Below, piece by piece: positions 24,844 through 34,614 of a stretch of 64,000 bases of DNA. The position numbers and the translations under genes are program-made. Within the stretch, counting starts at the first letter, position 1; every line of letters starts with the position of its first letter. The DNA comes from an uncultured Clostridia bacterium (GTDB taxonomy: Bacteria; Bacillota; Clostridia; Christensenellales; CAG-1252). The notes under the pieces are model-generated. The model ran no database searches. It saw only the letters and a list, made by a program, of their open reading frames with translations, and was not told where the DNA came from. The stretch is from the NCBI GenBank assembly GCA_945482995.1, contig CALYRM010000003.1:10150-74149 (forward strand). Direction: 5' to 3'.

Positions 24844-27800
24844 ATGTATAGAGTAGATAATAAAAATAAAAAAGAATATCGTAGAGTGACTACAAAAGCG
24901 AAGTATTTTGTAGTTCTTTCGCTATTCCTTTTGTTACTACTCGTAGTAGTGGGTTCTTCTGCTTGGAATCTCCATTTGAGAGTAATCGGATTTGTCGGTG
25001 ACAATCCCGAAATTACCAACCCCGTAACCATTGTAAGCGGAACCAACGCCAACAACCTATTGCTCAAATATGTTGACTACAGCGAATTTACCGAAACAAT
25101 AGAGTATAACGGAAAAATCTATTATACATGTACATACAACGGCAACACTCATACACCGAAAATTAAAAATATAGAAGATGACGCTCGTGATTTTGATTTG
25201 ACAAAATTCAAATACGAATACACTTGCCTTTATTTGCCTAATAATACGACAAAAGGCGAATGGGTCGCCGTTAATTCTCAAACTACTATAACCGCACCAA
25301 AAGAGAGTGGTTGGTATAAAGTAGTTATTACATACTCAGATTTAGAATCGGATTTCAATTATTCTTCATATATCGGATCAGCTACACTCTACTTTGCAAT
25401 TCAACCAAAAGAAATAGAGGTTAGCGTTTCACGTTCCGAAAGCGTTTACGGTGACGCAACCAGAATTAACGAAATCGAACAGACCGTAGCTTCGGGTGTA
25501 TTGTGTGGTGCTGATACCGTTGATTCACTTAATTCTACTTTTAGCTTGCAAAGTAGGGATAATTCCCTTTCGCAAGCAAGCGAAGAAACAAACCTTTATG
25601 CAGGTGAATATAACATTGTTGGTACCGATAATTCTAGAAATTACGCTATAACCTTTAAACCAAAAATCGTAGAAGATGGTACTTACGCTTTATATACAAT
25701 CACCAAGCGACCTATTACGGTTCAGATACTTGATCAAATAAGCGTTTATGGTGATTTACCTTTTGACTTTGCTAATTTAGATAACTTGAATAATAATAAA
25801 GTTGCCAAGATTAGCGTTAATACCTTGGCTTATTCTGACAAAGTTAGCGACGTAATAAGTGTTTCATGCGGATTAACTCTATTGGAAAATGAAAAAACAA
25901 TTACCTCTAATGTAGGTGAATATCCTATTGTTGGTATTAATATCAACGACAACTACGAGGTTACGTTTGCAAATGGTTCTTGGACTGATTCTGCAGAATG
26001 TGGTACTTATACAATAACAAAAGCACCTCTTAACATGACGGCAACATCATTTAAACTCACATATGGTGCTGAAATGCCCACTTATTCCGTTACATATGAA
26101 GGCTTTAAAAATGGCGAAACCAAGAATGTTATTGTCGGCAATCCGTCATTTACATGCACTTATGTGCCAAATAAGCAAAACGGTTCGGTAAGGACGTATA
26201 GCATTACACCGAGCTTGGACGAACAAACTAACTATGAAATTAATCCGATAGACGGTACTTTAACCGTTAGCAAAAAAGCGCTAACGATTACTCTTGACAG
26301 TAAATCAACCCATTATGGCGAAAAGGCTCCTGCATTTACTTGTACGCCAACAGGCTTTGTTTATAGCGAAAGTTTTACAACATATAAGTCTGATTTCAGC
26401 TTAGAGAATTATGTAACCGATGATTATACAGTCGGCGACTCTATTGGCGAATATAATATAGCTTGGTCAATATTGGAGAGTGAACTCGAATACATTTTAA
26501 CAAATTATGACTGCACTCTTGTAGCAAATAAATTGACTGTAAATGCTCGTCCTATATCAGTAACAATAGATGATAAGTCGAGCGTGTACGGTGCTAATCC
26601 CGTTTCTCTTACTGCAACCGTAGCCGTTACTCAAGGCTATACATTGACGGGAAATCCGATTTATGGTACAGATAATCCATATACGTTATCAACTTCCGTT
26701 ACCAATACTATCGGTTTTGGTACATATCCTATTGTAGGTACAAGAGAGAATAGCAATTACGATATTACCTTTGTCGGCACATTCGAAAAAAACAAAGGAA
26801 CTTATACCGTAACTAAAAAAGCAATTTCAATAGTATGGTCTAATACTTCGTTTACCTATGACGGCAGCTCTCACAAACCAGTGGCAACAGCAGGGGGGTT
26901 AGTGAATGGCGATGATTGCACGATAAACGTTTCGGGTGAAAAAACAAATGCAGGAAGCTATATCGCAACTGCAGAAAATGTATCAAATTCAAATTACATC
27001 TTGCCGACTACAAATTTGACCGCAAGCTTTACAATTGCTCCAAAGGACGTAACGATTACTTGGACGAATATTTTGTTTACTTATGATGGAAAATATCATA
27101 AACCTACTGCAACGGCAGGGGGCTTAGTAGACGGCGATGATTGCACGATAAACGTTTCGGGTGAAAAAACAAATGCAGGAAGCTATATCGCAACTGCAGA
27201 AAATGTATCAAATTCAAATTACATCTTGCCGACTACAAATTTGACCGCAAGCTTTACAATTGCTCCAAAGGACGTAACGATTACTTGGACGAATATTTTG
27301 TTTACTTATGATGGAAAATATCATAAACCTACTGCAACGGCAGGGGGCTTAGTAGACGGCGATGATTGCACGATAAACGTTTCGGGTGAACAAATAAACG
27401 CAAATACCGATTCAAACCCAACGTATACCGCTACCGCTTCTATTGTCAAGGGCGAAGTAATCGACAATAACTACAAAATTATAGAAAGAGGGACTCAAAA
27501 TTTCACGATTGAAAAGGCACCTTTGACAATTACAGCCGAAGACAAAACAACTTTGGTTGGTGTCGAACCTCCCGAATTTACCGTAAAGTATGATGGCTTT
27601 GTGAATGGCGAAACGCAATCGGTATTAGGTGGAGAATTGACGTTTGCTGCGATTGATTCTTCTATTACTGCTACCGCCGGCGAATATGTTGACGTTATTG
27701 TTCCAATGGGACTTACCTCTGATAACTATGATATATCATTTGTAAGCGGTAAACTTACAGTAGTTAATGGATTCGAAAAACCTACGATCGGTAACAACAG

Positions 27801-30800
27801 CTTTGTTTACAACGGAACAACCATAGAATATTTACCTGATGGATTTGATCCAATTAAAATGGCTATTTCGGGCAATTCCGCAACCGACGCAAACACATAT
27901 ACCGCTACGGTAACCCCTCTTAACGGTGCTGTTTGGGCTGATTACACTTCCACCGCTCTGACTTTTGAGTGGACTATCACTCAAGCTACTACGGTAATTA
28001 GCGGAAATCTTTCTATAGATAATTGGACTTATGGCGGTACGGCAAGTACCCCATCGGGCTTAAGCACAAACTTTGGCGACATTCAATATCAATATTCTTC
28101 GGAGCAAAACGGTACTTACTCGACTACACAGCCCTCTAATGCGGGTAACTATTATGTTAAAGGCGTCGTCGTCGGAAATGATAATTATACTTCCGCCGAG
28201 ACAGCGCCTGTAGCTTTCACGATTGAAAAGGCAATAATTGATAAGCCAACCGAAGGCAATAGTACGTTTAATTACGATGGTACCGAAAAAACTTATACTC
28301 CCGAAGGCTTTAATCCAAATACTATGGTTATAACCAATGTAAATCAAACAAATTCAGGTAATTATAGATCGGTAGTAACTCCACAAGATAATTATAAATG
28401 GGCGGATGATGCGGAAGTTGCCTTTATTTGGCATATTACTAAAAAAGAAATTGATATAACCAACAAAACAATCGAGATAGTTTATTCTACAGATAAACGT
28501 ACATGGCAAAGTATTGAAGAATATATTCGAGCACAATTAGTAGTTTCCGATAAATGCGGAAGTGACGATGTATATGTTAATACAGGTAATTTGACAAACG
28601 GAATAATAACTTATACATATAATGGAAGTACTTATAGTGGAAAGGTTGAACAAAGCTATGGCTCAGATATGGGGCTTAATGACAGCTATTTAAAAAATCA
28701 ATTTGTAGGTAGCACATATATTGGTACATCACTGTCTTTGGGTGGTGTCGCTAAAAATAATTATTCGATTAAGGGCGATAGATATTACTTTAAGTATAAA
28801 ACAGCAAGTGTAGGTGGTACATATTATACAATAGAAGACGCAATTCACGACGGAACTACTAATACTATAACCTTCCCCGGTGATGCTTCTACTGCAACAT
28901 CATACGTTTTGACATGCTTCAGCAATATAGAATTGCCTAATGAAGAAACTCTTTCGTCAAATTCGACGCTAAACGCATTCTTCGCAAATTATAAGTCAAA
29001 ATCGCATGAAATTTCGGGAAGGACTTTGTTAGTTCCGTATGAAAATTCGGAAAATGTAATCAAAGGTGAAAAAAATCCATCAAATGTATCAAATGTAAAG
29101 CTCAACGTATATTCTGCTCTTATTATACCATCGGGAATCAGTATTACGTTTAAGAACAGTGCAAGTCTTAAAGTTGGTTCACATATTACCGCTCCGGAAA
29201 ACGGTTTTGCTACGCAAAACCCAACGCCAAACAATCAGTCCGGTATTAGAGAACACGGAGTTATTGTAAATGATGGCAAGCTAACTTTTGAAAGTGGTAC
29301 TTCGATATATTCTTATGGATATATAAAATCAAGTTCGATTACTAGCCAAGGCAGTATTATAGCTCAAAGCGGAGTTCAAGTAAGAGAATATATGTATATC
29401 CACTCATGGCCGGGCGGAACCGCTGCAAGTGCAATATATTCAAAAGTTTTTCCTACGAATGCTTGGTCTTTGCATAATATCTCGTGCACTATTCAGATAA
29501 ATGCAGGCGCTCAGTATTATGCATATGCCGCCGTAACAGCTTCAATTATTGGATATACTAAAGCGGAAGCTTTGGTTATAGGAAAACAAGGCGATACAAA
29601 TTGTATTTTTATCCCCGATTATGATAAAGCAAATTACAATCAAAATAGTTACATAATCAAATCGACAAAGCCTGCTGCAAGTTGGAGTAGTACTTCGGCT
29701 GAATATAAGCAATTGTATAATATAGTCGGCGCTAATTATTTAAGTGGTCAAAAAGATATAATTGAAATTTACGGTGATTATACAGATAGAACTTTATTGG
29801 TGGACGTTGGCGCTAAGTTAAAAACATCAACGGAAATATCTGCACCTCTTGGATATATGGATGTGACTATCGATAATGGCTCAACCTTGAATTTGATCAA
29901 TTCCGATTATCTTTTCCTTCCCGGAACCAAGTTATTTGTTGAGAAAGGTGCAAACTTAATTATCAACAATGAAGTTGACGTTGTATTCCTTGATTATAAT
30001 ACGCTAAAGTCACATGGTGGTAATGGCTTTAAGTTCGATACTTTCTGCAAAGATAAGGTAGATGCTTATGCCGTAATAAATGGCAATATAGAAATCTATG
30101 GACGTATTGGTGGAAAAATAACATCGACGGAAGAAGGGGCAAGTATGGTTTTCCATACAATACAAGTGGGTGCTAATTACAATCTAATGAAGTCCAGTGA
30201 TGAACCCCGTTATATTGTTGGAGAAAAATATAGGGCTACAGCTAATGTTCTTGGTGTAGATAACACAATTCTTACTTCAGGAAGATATTGTACAGCCACA
30301 ATAGACAATGCAATAACTTGGATGGCTACAACTGGTACAATTGTTTTTGATCAAAACTATGGTGATAATAGCGTGATTAAATCAATGGAAAATATAGATA
30401 TGCCATATACGCTAAATGTTGCTGATTATCCTTCAAATCCTACAAGAGCTTTATATAGCCTTGATGTAGATGGAAATGGTAATACGCAGTGGTATTTAGA
30501 CAAAGAGTGTTCTCAACCTATTGCACCCGAAACTATTTTATACGCAGGCACCACGCTTTATGCAAAGTGGATACCAATAAGCTATAAGGTCAACTATCAA
30601 TATGTTTATGGAACAAATGTTACTGAGGCTGACGTTGGGTTGGATAATCCTATAGATGATTTATATATTACTGCTGAAAGTGGTATTATTATTAATAGTC
30701 TATTAAACATCGATGATATAGATAAGACGGTTGAAGGCTATTCCTTAACAGGTTGGTATGTAGACAGTGATTGTCGAACTAATGTTGATAATGCTTTTGA

Positions 30801-32553
30801 ATTGTTATCGGCATCTTCTTCGTTGACTGAAAGTACCATAACCGTTTATGGTAAATGGGATGTATATGTACCGTCATTTAAGGTTGAGTATTCAACAGGC
30901 GTAGGTGTAGCTCCCGCCGCTATGGATTACAGTACGGATATTGTCTTAATCGAATCTCAAGAAGGTTGGCAACCTTCTAAAAACGGCTCTTCTTTTGATA
31001 GGGATACAGCTGTAGATTATTATTTTGACGGTTGGTATATAGACGAAAACTGTACTACGAGTTTTACCAGTTTTTCGGGTGTAAATATGAATGAAACACA
31101 GCACCTCTACGCAAAATGGACTAAAAAGAACATACTTAATATTTGCATATCCGATGGTAGTGTTTATGATACGAGACGCTACAAGCCGGGAACCACATTC
31201 ACCATTCCTGCGCTTCCACCTGTAATAGTGCCTAAAGAAGGACAATACATTTATTGGACATTGAATGGCGCTACTGATAGTTCACAAGGAGAGTTGGTAG
31301 CAGATTCTCAATGTACACTTGTTGATAGTACCAAAGTTGTATTACACATTTTGGATAGATATGAAATAACGACAAGCTTAACTAATTCTAGTGTAATCAT
31401 ATATTACTCCGGTCACTATAGCATTAACGGAAGTGATGTCGAATATAGCGAAACCTATAGCATAACTTCAAAGACAAACCAAGATCCTTGCTTCTACGCA
31501 TATAGCGACGGACAAATAACAAATATTGATGTAACATGGAAACAGACGGACTCTCGAACTTTAACTGTTAATGGTGCAAACTATGATGATAACTCAAATG
31601 CCACTATAAAAATATCAGCCAAAACTACAATAGTTGCATCATCTTCAGGTGTTTGTTTAGCAGAAGGTACGCTGATTACACTTGCCGATGGTACACAAAA
31701 GAAAGTGGAGGATTTGAATTATGACGACGTTTTACTTGCATTCAACCACGTAACAGGACAATATGAGGCAAGTCCGCTATTGGTTAATTTGCATGCTCAA
31801 GAATCAAGCCGTTTGTGCAGAATTATTTATCTTGATTTCTCAGATGGAACAAGAATCGGTATAATTGGAGAACATTCATTCTTTGATATAGACGAAAATA
31901 AATATGTATATATTGATGAAGATACAGTTAAGAATCATATTGGGCATAGATTTGTCAAGGTTAAACAAATTGACGGAAGGTTTGTATCCGAAGAAGTTGT
32001 TCTTAATGAATACAATATAGTTGAAAAGACTATGAGAGTGTTTTCACCAGTAAGTGGTCAAATTAATGTTGTTACTGAGGGCTTGCTAAGCTTTACCGAA
32101 GTTCTTACAGCAGAAGGACCTACTCACGGTGTAATCAACATTTTCGAGTTTGGTGAAAACTTGAAGTATGATGAAGTTAAGATGCAGGAAGACATCGATA
32201 AGTATGGTCTGTATACATACGATGACTATAAAGCATACTTGACATATGAAGAGTTTATATCATTCCCGTGGGCATATTTCAAAGTTTCAGTAGGAAAAGG
32301 ACGTCTAACATGGGATGATATTCTTTGGAACATTCAATATATCCATAACGATAGAATGGAACAAATGGGAATGACTCAAGAAAATCAAACAACAAGTGGT
32401 GAAGTCGTTAATTCGGAACAAAACAACACACCTCAGAATAGCGACACTACAAATGAAAACCCATTTGAAACCGTTGCACTTCCACCGCCGACAACTTCCA
32501 CCTCGTCAGGTAGTGGCGGTGATAGCGACAACTCAAACGACGGCGAATCGTAA
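24844..32553 (+). CDS. Giant surface adhesin-like protein: SipW-cognate-like signal, multiple MBG domains, beta-helix-like core, Listeria-Bacteroides repeats, C-terminal Hint (intein-like) domain
   Basis: About 2569 aa from the ATG at 24844 (the ORF track starts at TTG 24820). N terminus ...LLLLLVVVGSSAWNLHL. Repeated xYGxxxP...AGEYxI...NYxIxxxxGxLTIxK modules (MBG-like). GWY...LYAKW modules. CLAEGTLITLADG...GEHSFF...IHN Hint block at residues 2279-2510 (track numbering). Confidence 0.85.
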   Translation: MYRVDNKNKKEYRRVTTKAKYFVVLSLFLLLLLVVVGSSAWNLHLRVIGFVGDNPEITNPVTIVSGTNANNLLLKYVDYSEFTETIEYNGKIYYTCTYNGNTHTPKIKNIEDDARDFDLTKFKYEYTCLYLPNNTTKGEWVAVNSQTTITAPKESGWYKVVITYSDLESDFNYSSYIGSATLYFAIQPKEIEVSVSRSESVYGDATRINEIEQTVASGVLCGADTVDSLNSTFSLQSRDNSLSQASEETNLYAGEYNIVGTDNSRNYAITFKPKIVEDGTYALYTITKRPITVQILDQISVYGDLPFDFANLDNLNNNKVAKISVNTLAYSDKVSDVISVSCGLTLLENEKTITSNVGEYPIVGININDNYEVTFANGSWTDSAECGTYTITKAPLNMTATSFKLTYGAEMPTYSVTYEGFKNGETKNVIVGNPSFTCTYVPNKQNGSVRTYSITPSLDEQTNYEINPIDGTLTVSKKALTITLDSKSTHYGEKAPAFTCTPTGFVYSESFTTYKSDFSLENYVTDDYTVGDSIGEYNIAWSILESELEYILTNYDCTLVANKLTVNARPISVTIDDKSSVYGANPVSLTATVAVTQGYTLTGNPIYGTDNPYTLSTSVTNTIGFGTYPIVGTRENSNYDITFVGTFEKNKGTYTVTKKAISIVWSNTSFTYDGSSHKPVATAGGLVNGDDCTINVSGEKTNAGSYIATAENVSNSNYILPTTNLTASFTIAPKDVTITWTNILFTYDGKYHKPTATAGGLVDGDDCTINVSGEKTNAGSYIATAENVSNSNYILPTTNLTASFTIAPKDVTITWTNILFTYDGKYHKPTATAGGLVDGDDCTINVSGEQINANTDSNPTYTATASIVKGEVIDNNYKIIERGTQNFTIEKAPLTITAEDKTTLVGVEPPEFTVKYDGFVNGETQSVLGGELTFAAIDSSITATAGEYVDVIVPMGLTSDNYDISFVSGKLTVVNGFEKPTIGNNSFVYNGTTIEYLPDGFDPIKMAISGNSATDANTYTATVTPLNGAVWADYTSTALTFEWTITQATTVISGNLSIDNWTYGGTASTPSGLSTNFGDIQYQYSSEQNGTYSTTQPSNAGNYYVKGVVVGNDNYTSAETAPVAFTIEKAIIDKPTEGNSTFNYDGTEKTYTPEGFNPNTMVITNVNQTNSGNYRSVVTPQDNYKWADDAEVAFIWHITKKEIDITNKTIEIVYSTDKRTWQSIEEYIRAQLVVSDKCGSDDVYVNTGNLTNGIITYTYNGSTYSGKVEQSYGSDMGLNDSYLKNQFVGSTYIGTSLSLGGVAKNNYSIKGDRYYFKYKTASVGGTYYTIEDAIHDGTTNTITFPGDASTATSYVLTCFSNIELPNEETLSSNSTLNAFFANYKSKSHEISGRTLLVPYENSENVIKGEKNPSNVSNVKLNVYSALIIPSGISITFKNSASLKVGSHITAPENGFATQNPTPNNQSGIREHGVIVNDGKLTFESGTSIYSYGYIKSSSITSQGSIIAQSGVQVREYMYIHSWPGGTAASAIYSKVFPTNAWSLHNISCTIQINAGAQYYAYAAVTASIIGYTKAEALVIGKQGDTNCIFIPDYDKANYNQNSYIIKSTKPAASWSSTSAEYKQLYNIVGANYLSGQKDIIEIYGDYTDRTLLVDVGAKLKTSTEISAPLGYMDVTIDNGSTLNLINSDYLFLPGTKLFVEKGANLIINNEVDVVFLDYNTLKSHGGNGFKFDTFCKDKVDAYAVINGNIEIYGRIGGKITSTEEGASMVFHTIQVGANYNLMKSSDEPRYIVGEKYRATANVLGVDNTILTSGRYCTATIDNAITWMATTGTIVFDQNYGDNSVIKSMENIDMPYTLNVADYPSNPTRALYSLDVDGNGNTQWYLDKECSQPIAPETILYAGTTLYAKWIPISYKVNYQYVYGTNVTEADVGLDNPIDDLYITAESGIIINSLLNIDDIDKTVEGYSLTGWYVDSDCRTNVDNAFELLSASSSLTESTITVYGKWDVYVPSFKVEYSTGVGVAPAAMDYSTDIVLIESQEGWQPSKNGSSFDRDTAVDYYFDGWYIDENCTTSFTSFSGVNMNETQHLYAKWTKKNILNICISDGSVYDTRRYKPGTTFTIPALPPVIVPKEGQYIYWTLNGATDSSQGELVADSQCTLVDSTKVVLHILDRYEITTSLTNSSVIIYYSGHYSINGSDVEYSETYSITSKTNQDPCFYAYSDGQITNIDVTWKQTDSRTLTVNGANYDDNSNATIKISAKTTIVASSSGVCLAEGTLITLADGTQKKVEDLNYDDVLLAFNHVTGQYEASPLLVNLHAQESSRLCRIIYLDFSDGTRIGIIGEHSFFDIDENKYVYIDEDTVKNHIGHRFVKVKQIDGRFVSEEVVLNEYNIVEKTMRVFSPVSGQINVVTEGLLSFTEVLTAEGPTHGVINIFEFGENLKYDEVKMQEDIDKYGLYTYDDYKAYLTYEEFISFPWAYFKVSVGKGRLTWDDILWNIQYIHNDRMEQMGMTQENQTTSGEVVNSEQNNTPQNSDTTNENPFETVALPPPTTSTSSGSGGDSDNSNDGES
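26911..27390 (+). repeat. Perfect 225-bp (75-aa) tandem duplication inside the giant gene
   Basis: 26941-27165 is identical to 27166-27390. The 30 nt before the first copy also match the unit end, so 26911-27165 equals 27136-27390. Confidence 0.95.
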
Positions 32554-32586
32554 AACAAAACAAAAAATATACTTTTCAACCAAAAA

Positions 32587-32622
32587 AAAGAAAGGCTATC
32601 AATAGGTGGCTTTTCTTTTTTT
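32587..32622 (+). terminator. Rho-independent terminator after the giant gene
   Basis: Stem aaagaaaggc/gcttttcttt (one G-T pair) followed by a T-run. Confidence 0.7.
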
Positions 32623-32755
32623 GAAAAGAGGATTTTCGACTACGCTCGGAATGATGGTGAAACTAAAGCTTTAGCGAAAATTTTTCATTAGGTTGTTATA
32701 GTTTTTAAGTCTTTTTTAAGTTAAAATAATTATCATAGTAACTAATTAAACTTGA

Positions 32756-32784
32756 TTGACATATATTTTTTGTGTGTTTATAAT
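32756..32784 (+). promoter_or_regulatory. Consensus sigma-A promoter TTGACA-17-TATAAT
   Basis: ttgaca tatattttttgtgtgtt tataat, about 40 nt upstream of the ABC exporter ATG (RBS aaggtgaagaaATG). Confidence 0.75.
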
Positions 32785-32826
32785 CTATTTATAGATATTT
32801 TAAGAAGAATTTTTTAAGGTGAAGAA

Positions 32827-34614
32827 ATGAGTAAGAAATTGAAAAAGGAAAAGAAACAATCAATTCCTTTGATTAAAACGCTTGCACAAAGTATCAAAGA
32901 ATACAAAAAGGCATCGATTTTGGCACCTATATTTGTTATTTTGGAAGTTGTTTTGGAGGTATTGATTCCTTATATCACTACTTATTTGGTTGATTTCGGT
33001 ATCAAAAAGGGCGATATGAACGCTATACTTAAATATGGCGGTTTTTTGGTTTTGTCGGCAGTTGTCGCTCTTGTATGCGGAGCTATGTCGGGCAGGTTTG
33101 CGGCAATAGCTTCCGCCGGATTTGCTTCCAATTTAAGAAGGGATATGTATTATAACATTCAAAGATTTTCATTTGCGAATATCGACAAGTTCTCTACGGC
33201 AAGTTTGATAAACCGTATTACAAAGGACGTTGTAGAAATGCAAAATACATACGCAATGCTTATAAGAATTGCATTCCGTGCGCCGATTATGCTTGTATTC
33301 GCCATGGCAATGTCTTTTACTATCAACAATTTCGTACCGCTTATATTCCTTGCTGTTATACCTGTTTTGGGTGTTGTCGTATTTGTACTTATGCGTACGG
33401 TTAAGCCGTTGTTTGAAAGTATGTTCAAGCGCTTTGACGACCTAAACGTTGTGGTGGAAGAAAACCTTTTGGGTATGCGTGTTGTTAAGTCTTATGTAAG
33501 AGAAGAGCACGAAATTAAGAAATTCAACAAAATTTCCGAAGCAATCTACAAAATAGGTAGCAAGGCAATGAAGATTATGTCGTTTACGAACCCCATAATG
33601 ACGCTATGTATTTATGCGGTAATGCTTTTCATTTGCGGATATTCGGCTAACTTGATTGTAAGTTCCTCGGGCGTTGAAATGACGGTAGGCGATCTTACCG
33701 GCTTGTTGACCTACGTAATGCAGATAATGATGAACCTACTTATGACCTCAATGGTTATTGTAATGGTTTCTATTTCTCGTCCTGCGGCAGAGAGAATTGC
33801 CGAAGTTTTGGTTGAAAAGCCAACTATTGAAAATCCCGAAAACCCGATTAACGAGGTTGCGGACGGTAGTATCGACTTTAATAACGTTAACTTCCGTTAT
33901 TCTGAAAAAGCAGAGCGTTTTGCACTAGAAGGAATTAACTTATCCATTAAATCGGGCGAAACTGTGGGTATATTAGGGTCAACCGGTAGCTCAAAAACTA
34001 CGTTGGTACAGCTTATACCTCGTTTGTACGACACAACCGAGGGCGAAGTATTAGTCGGCGGTGTGAACGTCAAGGATTATGACCTAACTGTTTTGAGAGA
34101 TAACGTTGCAATGGTACTTCAAAAGAACACCTTGTTTAGCGGTACGATTGCCGAAAACTTGAGATGGGGTAATGAAAACGCAACGGATGAGGAAATTCAA
34201 GAGGCTTGCCGACTTGCGCAAGCGGATTCATTTATTGAGGGCTTCCCCGATAAATACCAAACTCACATCGAACAGGGTGGTACCAATGTTTCGGGCGGAC
34301 AAAAGCAAAGATTGTGTATTGCAAGGGCTTTATTGAAAAAACCTAAGATATTGATTTTGGACGACTCCACTTCGGCAGTTGACACCAAGACCGACGCATT
34401 AATAAGAGATTCTTTCAAGAAGATAATTCCCGGCACTACAAAAATTATCATTGCACAAAGAGTTTCGAGCATTGAGGACGCAGATAAGATTGTTATTTTG
34501 GATGACGGACAAATAAGCGCGGTAGGCACGCACGAAGAATTGTTAAAGACAAGCGAGATTTACCAAGAGGTATATTATTCGCAAGTCAAAGGGGGCGAAG
34601 ATGAGCAAGAATAG
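32827..34614 (+). CDS. ABC exporter permease/ATPase, heterodimer subunit with degenerate Walker B (LILDD)
   Basis: 595 aa with 6 TM plus an NBD. Walker A GSTGSSKTT, signature VSGGQKQRL, Walker B ILILDDSTSAVD (Asp in place of the catalytic Glu). Confidence 0.9.
   Translation: MSKKLKKEKKQSIPLIKTLAQSIKEYKKASILAPIFVILEVVLEVLIPYITTYLVDFGIKKGDMNAILKYGGFLVLSAVVALVCGAMSGRFAAIASAGFASNLRRDMYYNIQRFSFANIDKFSTASLINRITKDVVEMQNTYAMLIRIAFRAPIMLVFAMAMSFTINNFVPLIFLAVIPVLGVVVFVLMRTVKPLFESMFKRFDDLNVVVEENLLGMRVVKSYVREEHEIKKFNKISEAIYKIGSKAMKIMSFTNPIMTLCIYAVMLFICGYSANLIVSSSGVEMTVGDLTGLLTYVMQIMMNLLMTSMVIVMVSISRPAAERIAEVLVEKPTIENPENPINEVADGSIDFNNVNFRYSEKAERFALEGINLSIKSGETVGILGSTGSSKTTLVQLIPRLYDTTEGEVLVGGVNVKDYDLTVLRDNVAMVLQKNTLFSGTIAENLRWGNENATDEEIQEACRLAQADSFIEGFPDKYQTHIEQGGTNVSGGQKQRLCIARALLKKPKILILDDSTSAVDTKTDALIRDSFKKIIPGTTKIIIAQRVSSIEDADKIVILDDGQISAVGTHEELLKTSEIYQEVYYSQVKGGEDEQE

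Noticed and set aside
31654-32349. A true (splicing) intein inside the giant protein
   Set aside because: The residue after the terminal His-Asn is Asp, not Cys/Ser/Thr. Only a 67-aa low-complexity tail follows, and no homing endonuclease is present. It is better described as a BIL/Hint autoprocessing domain.
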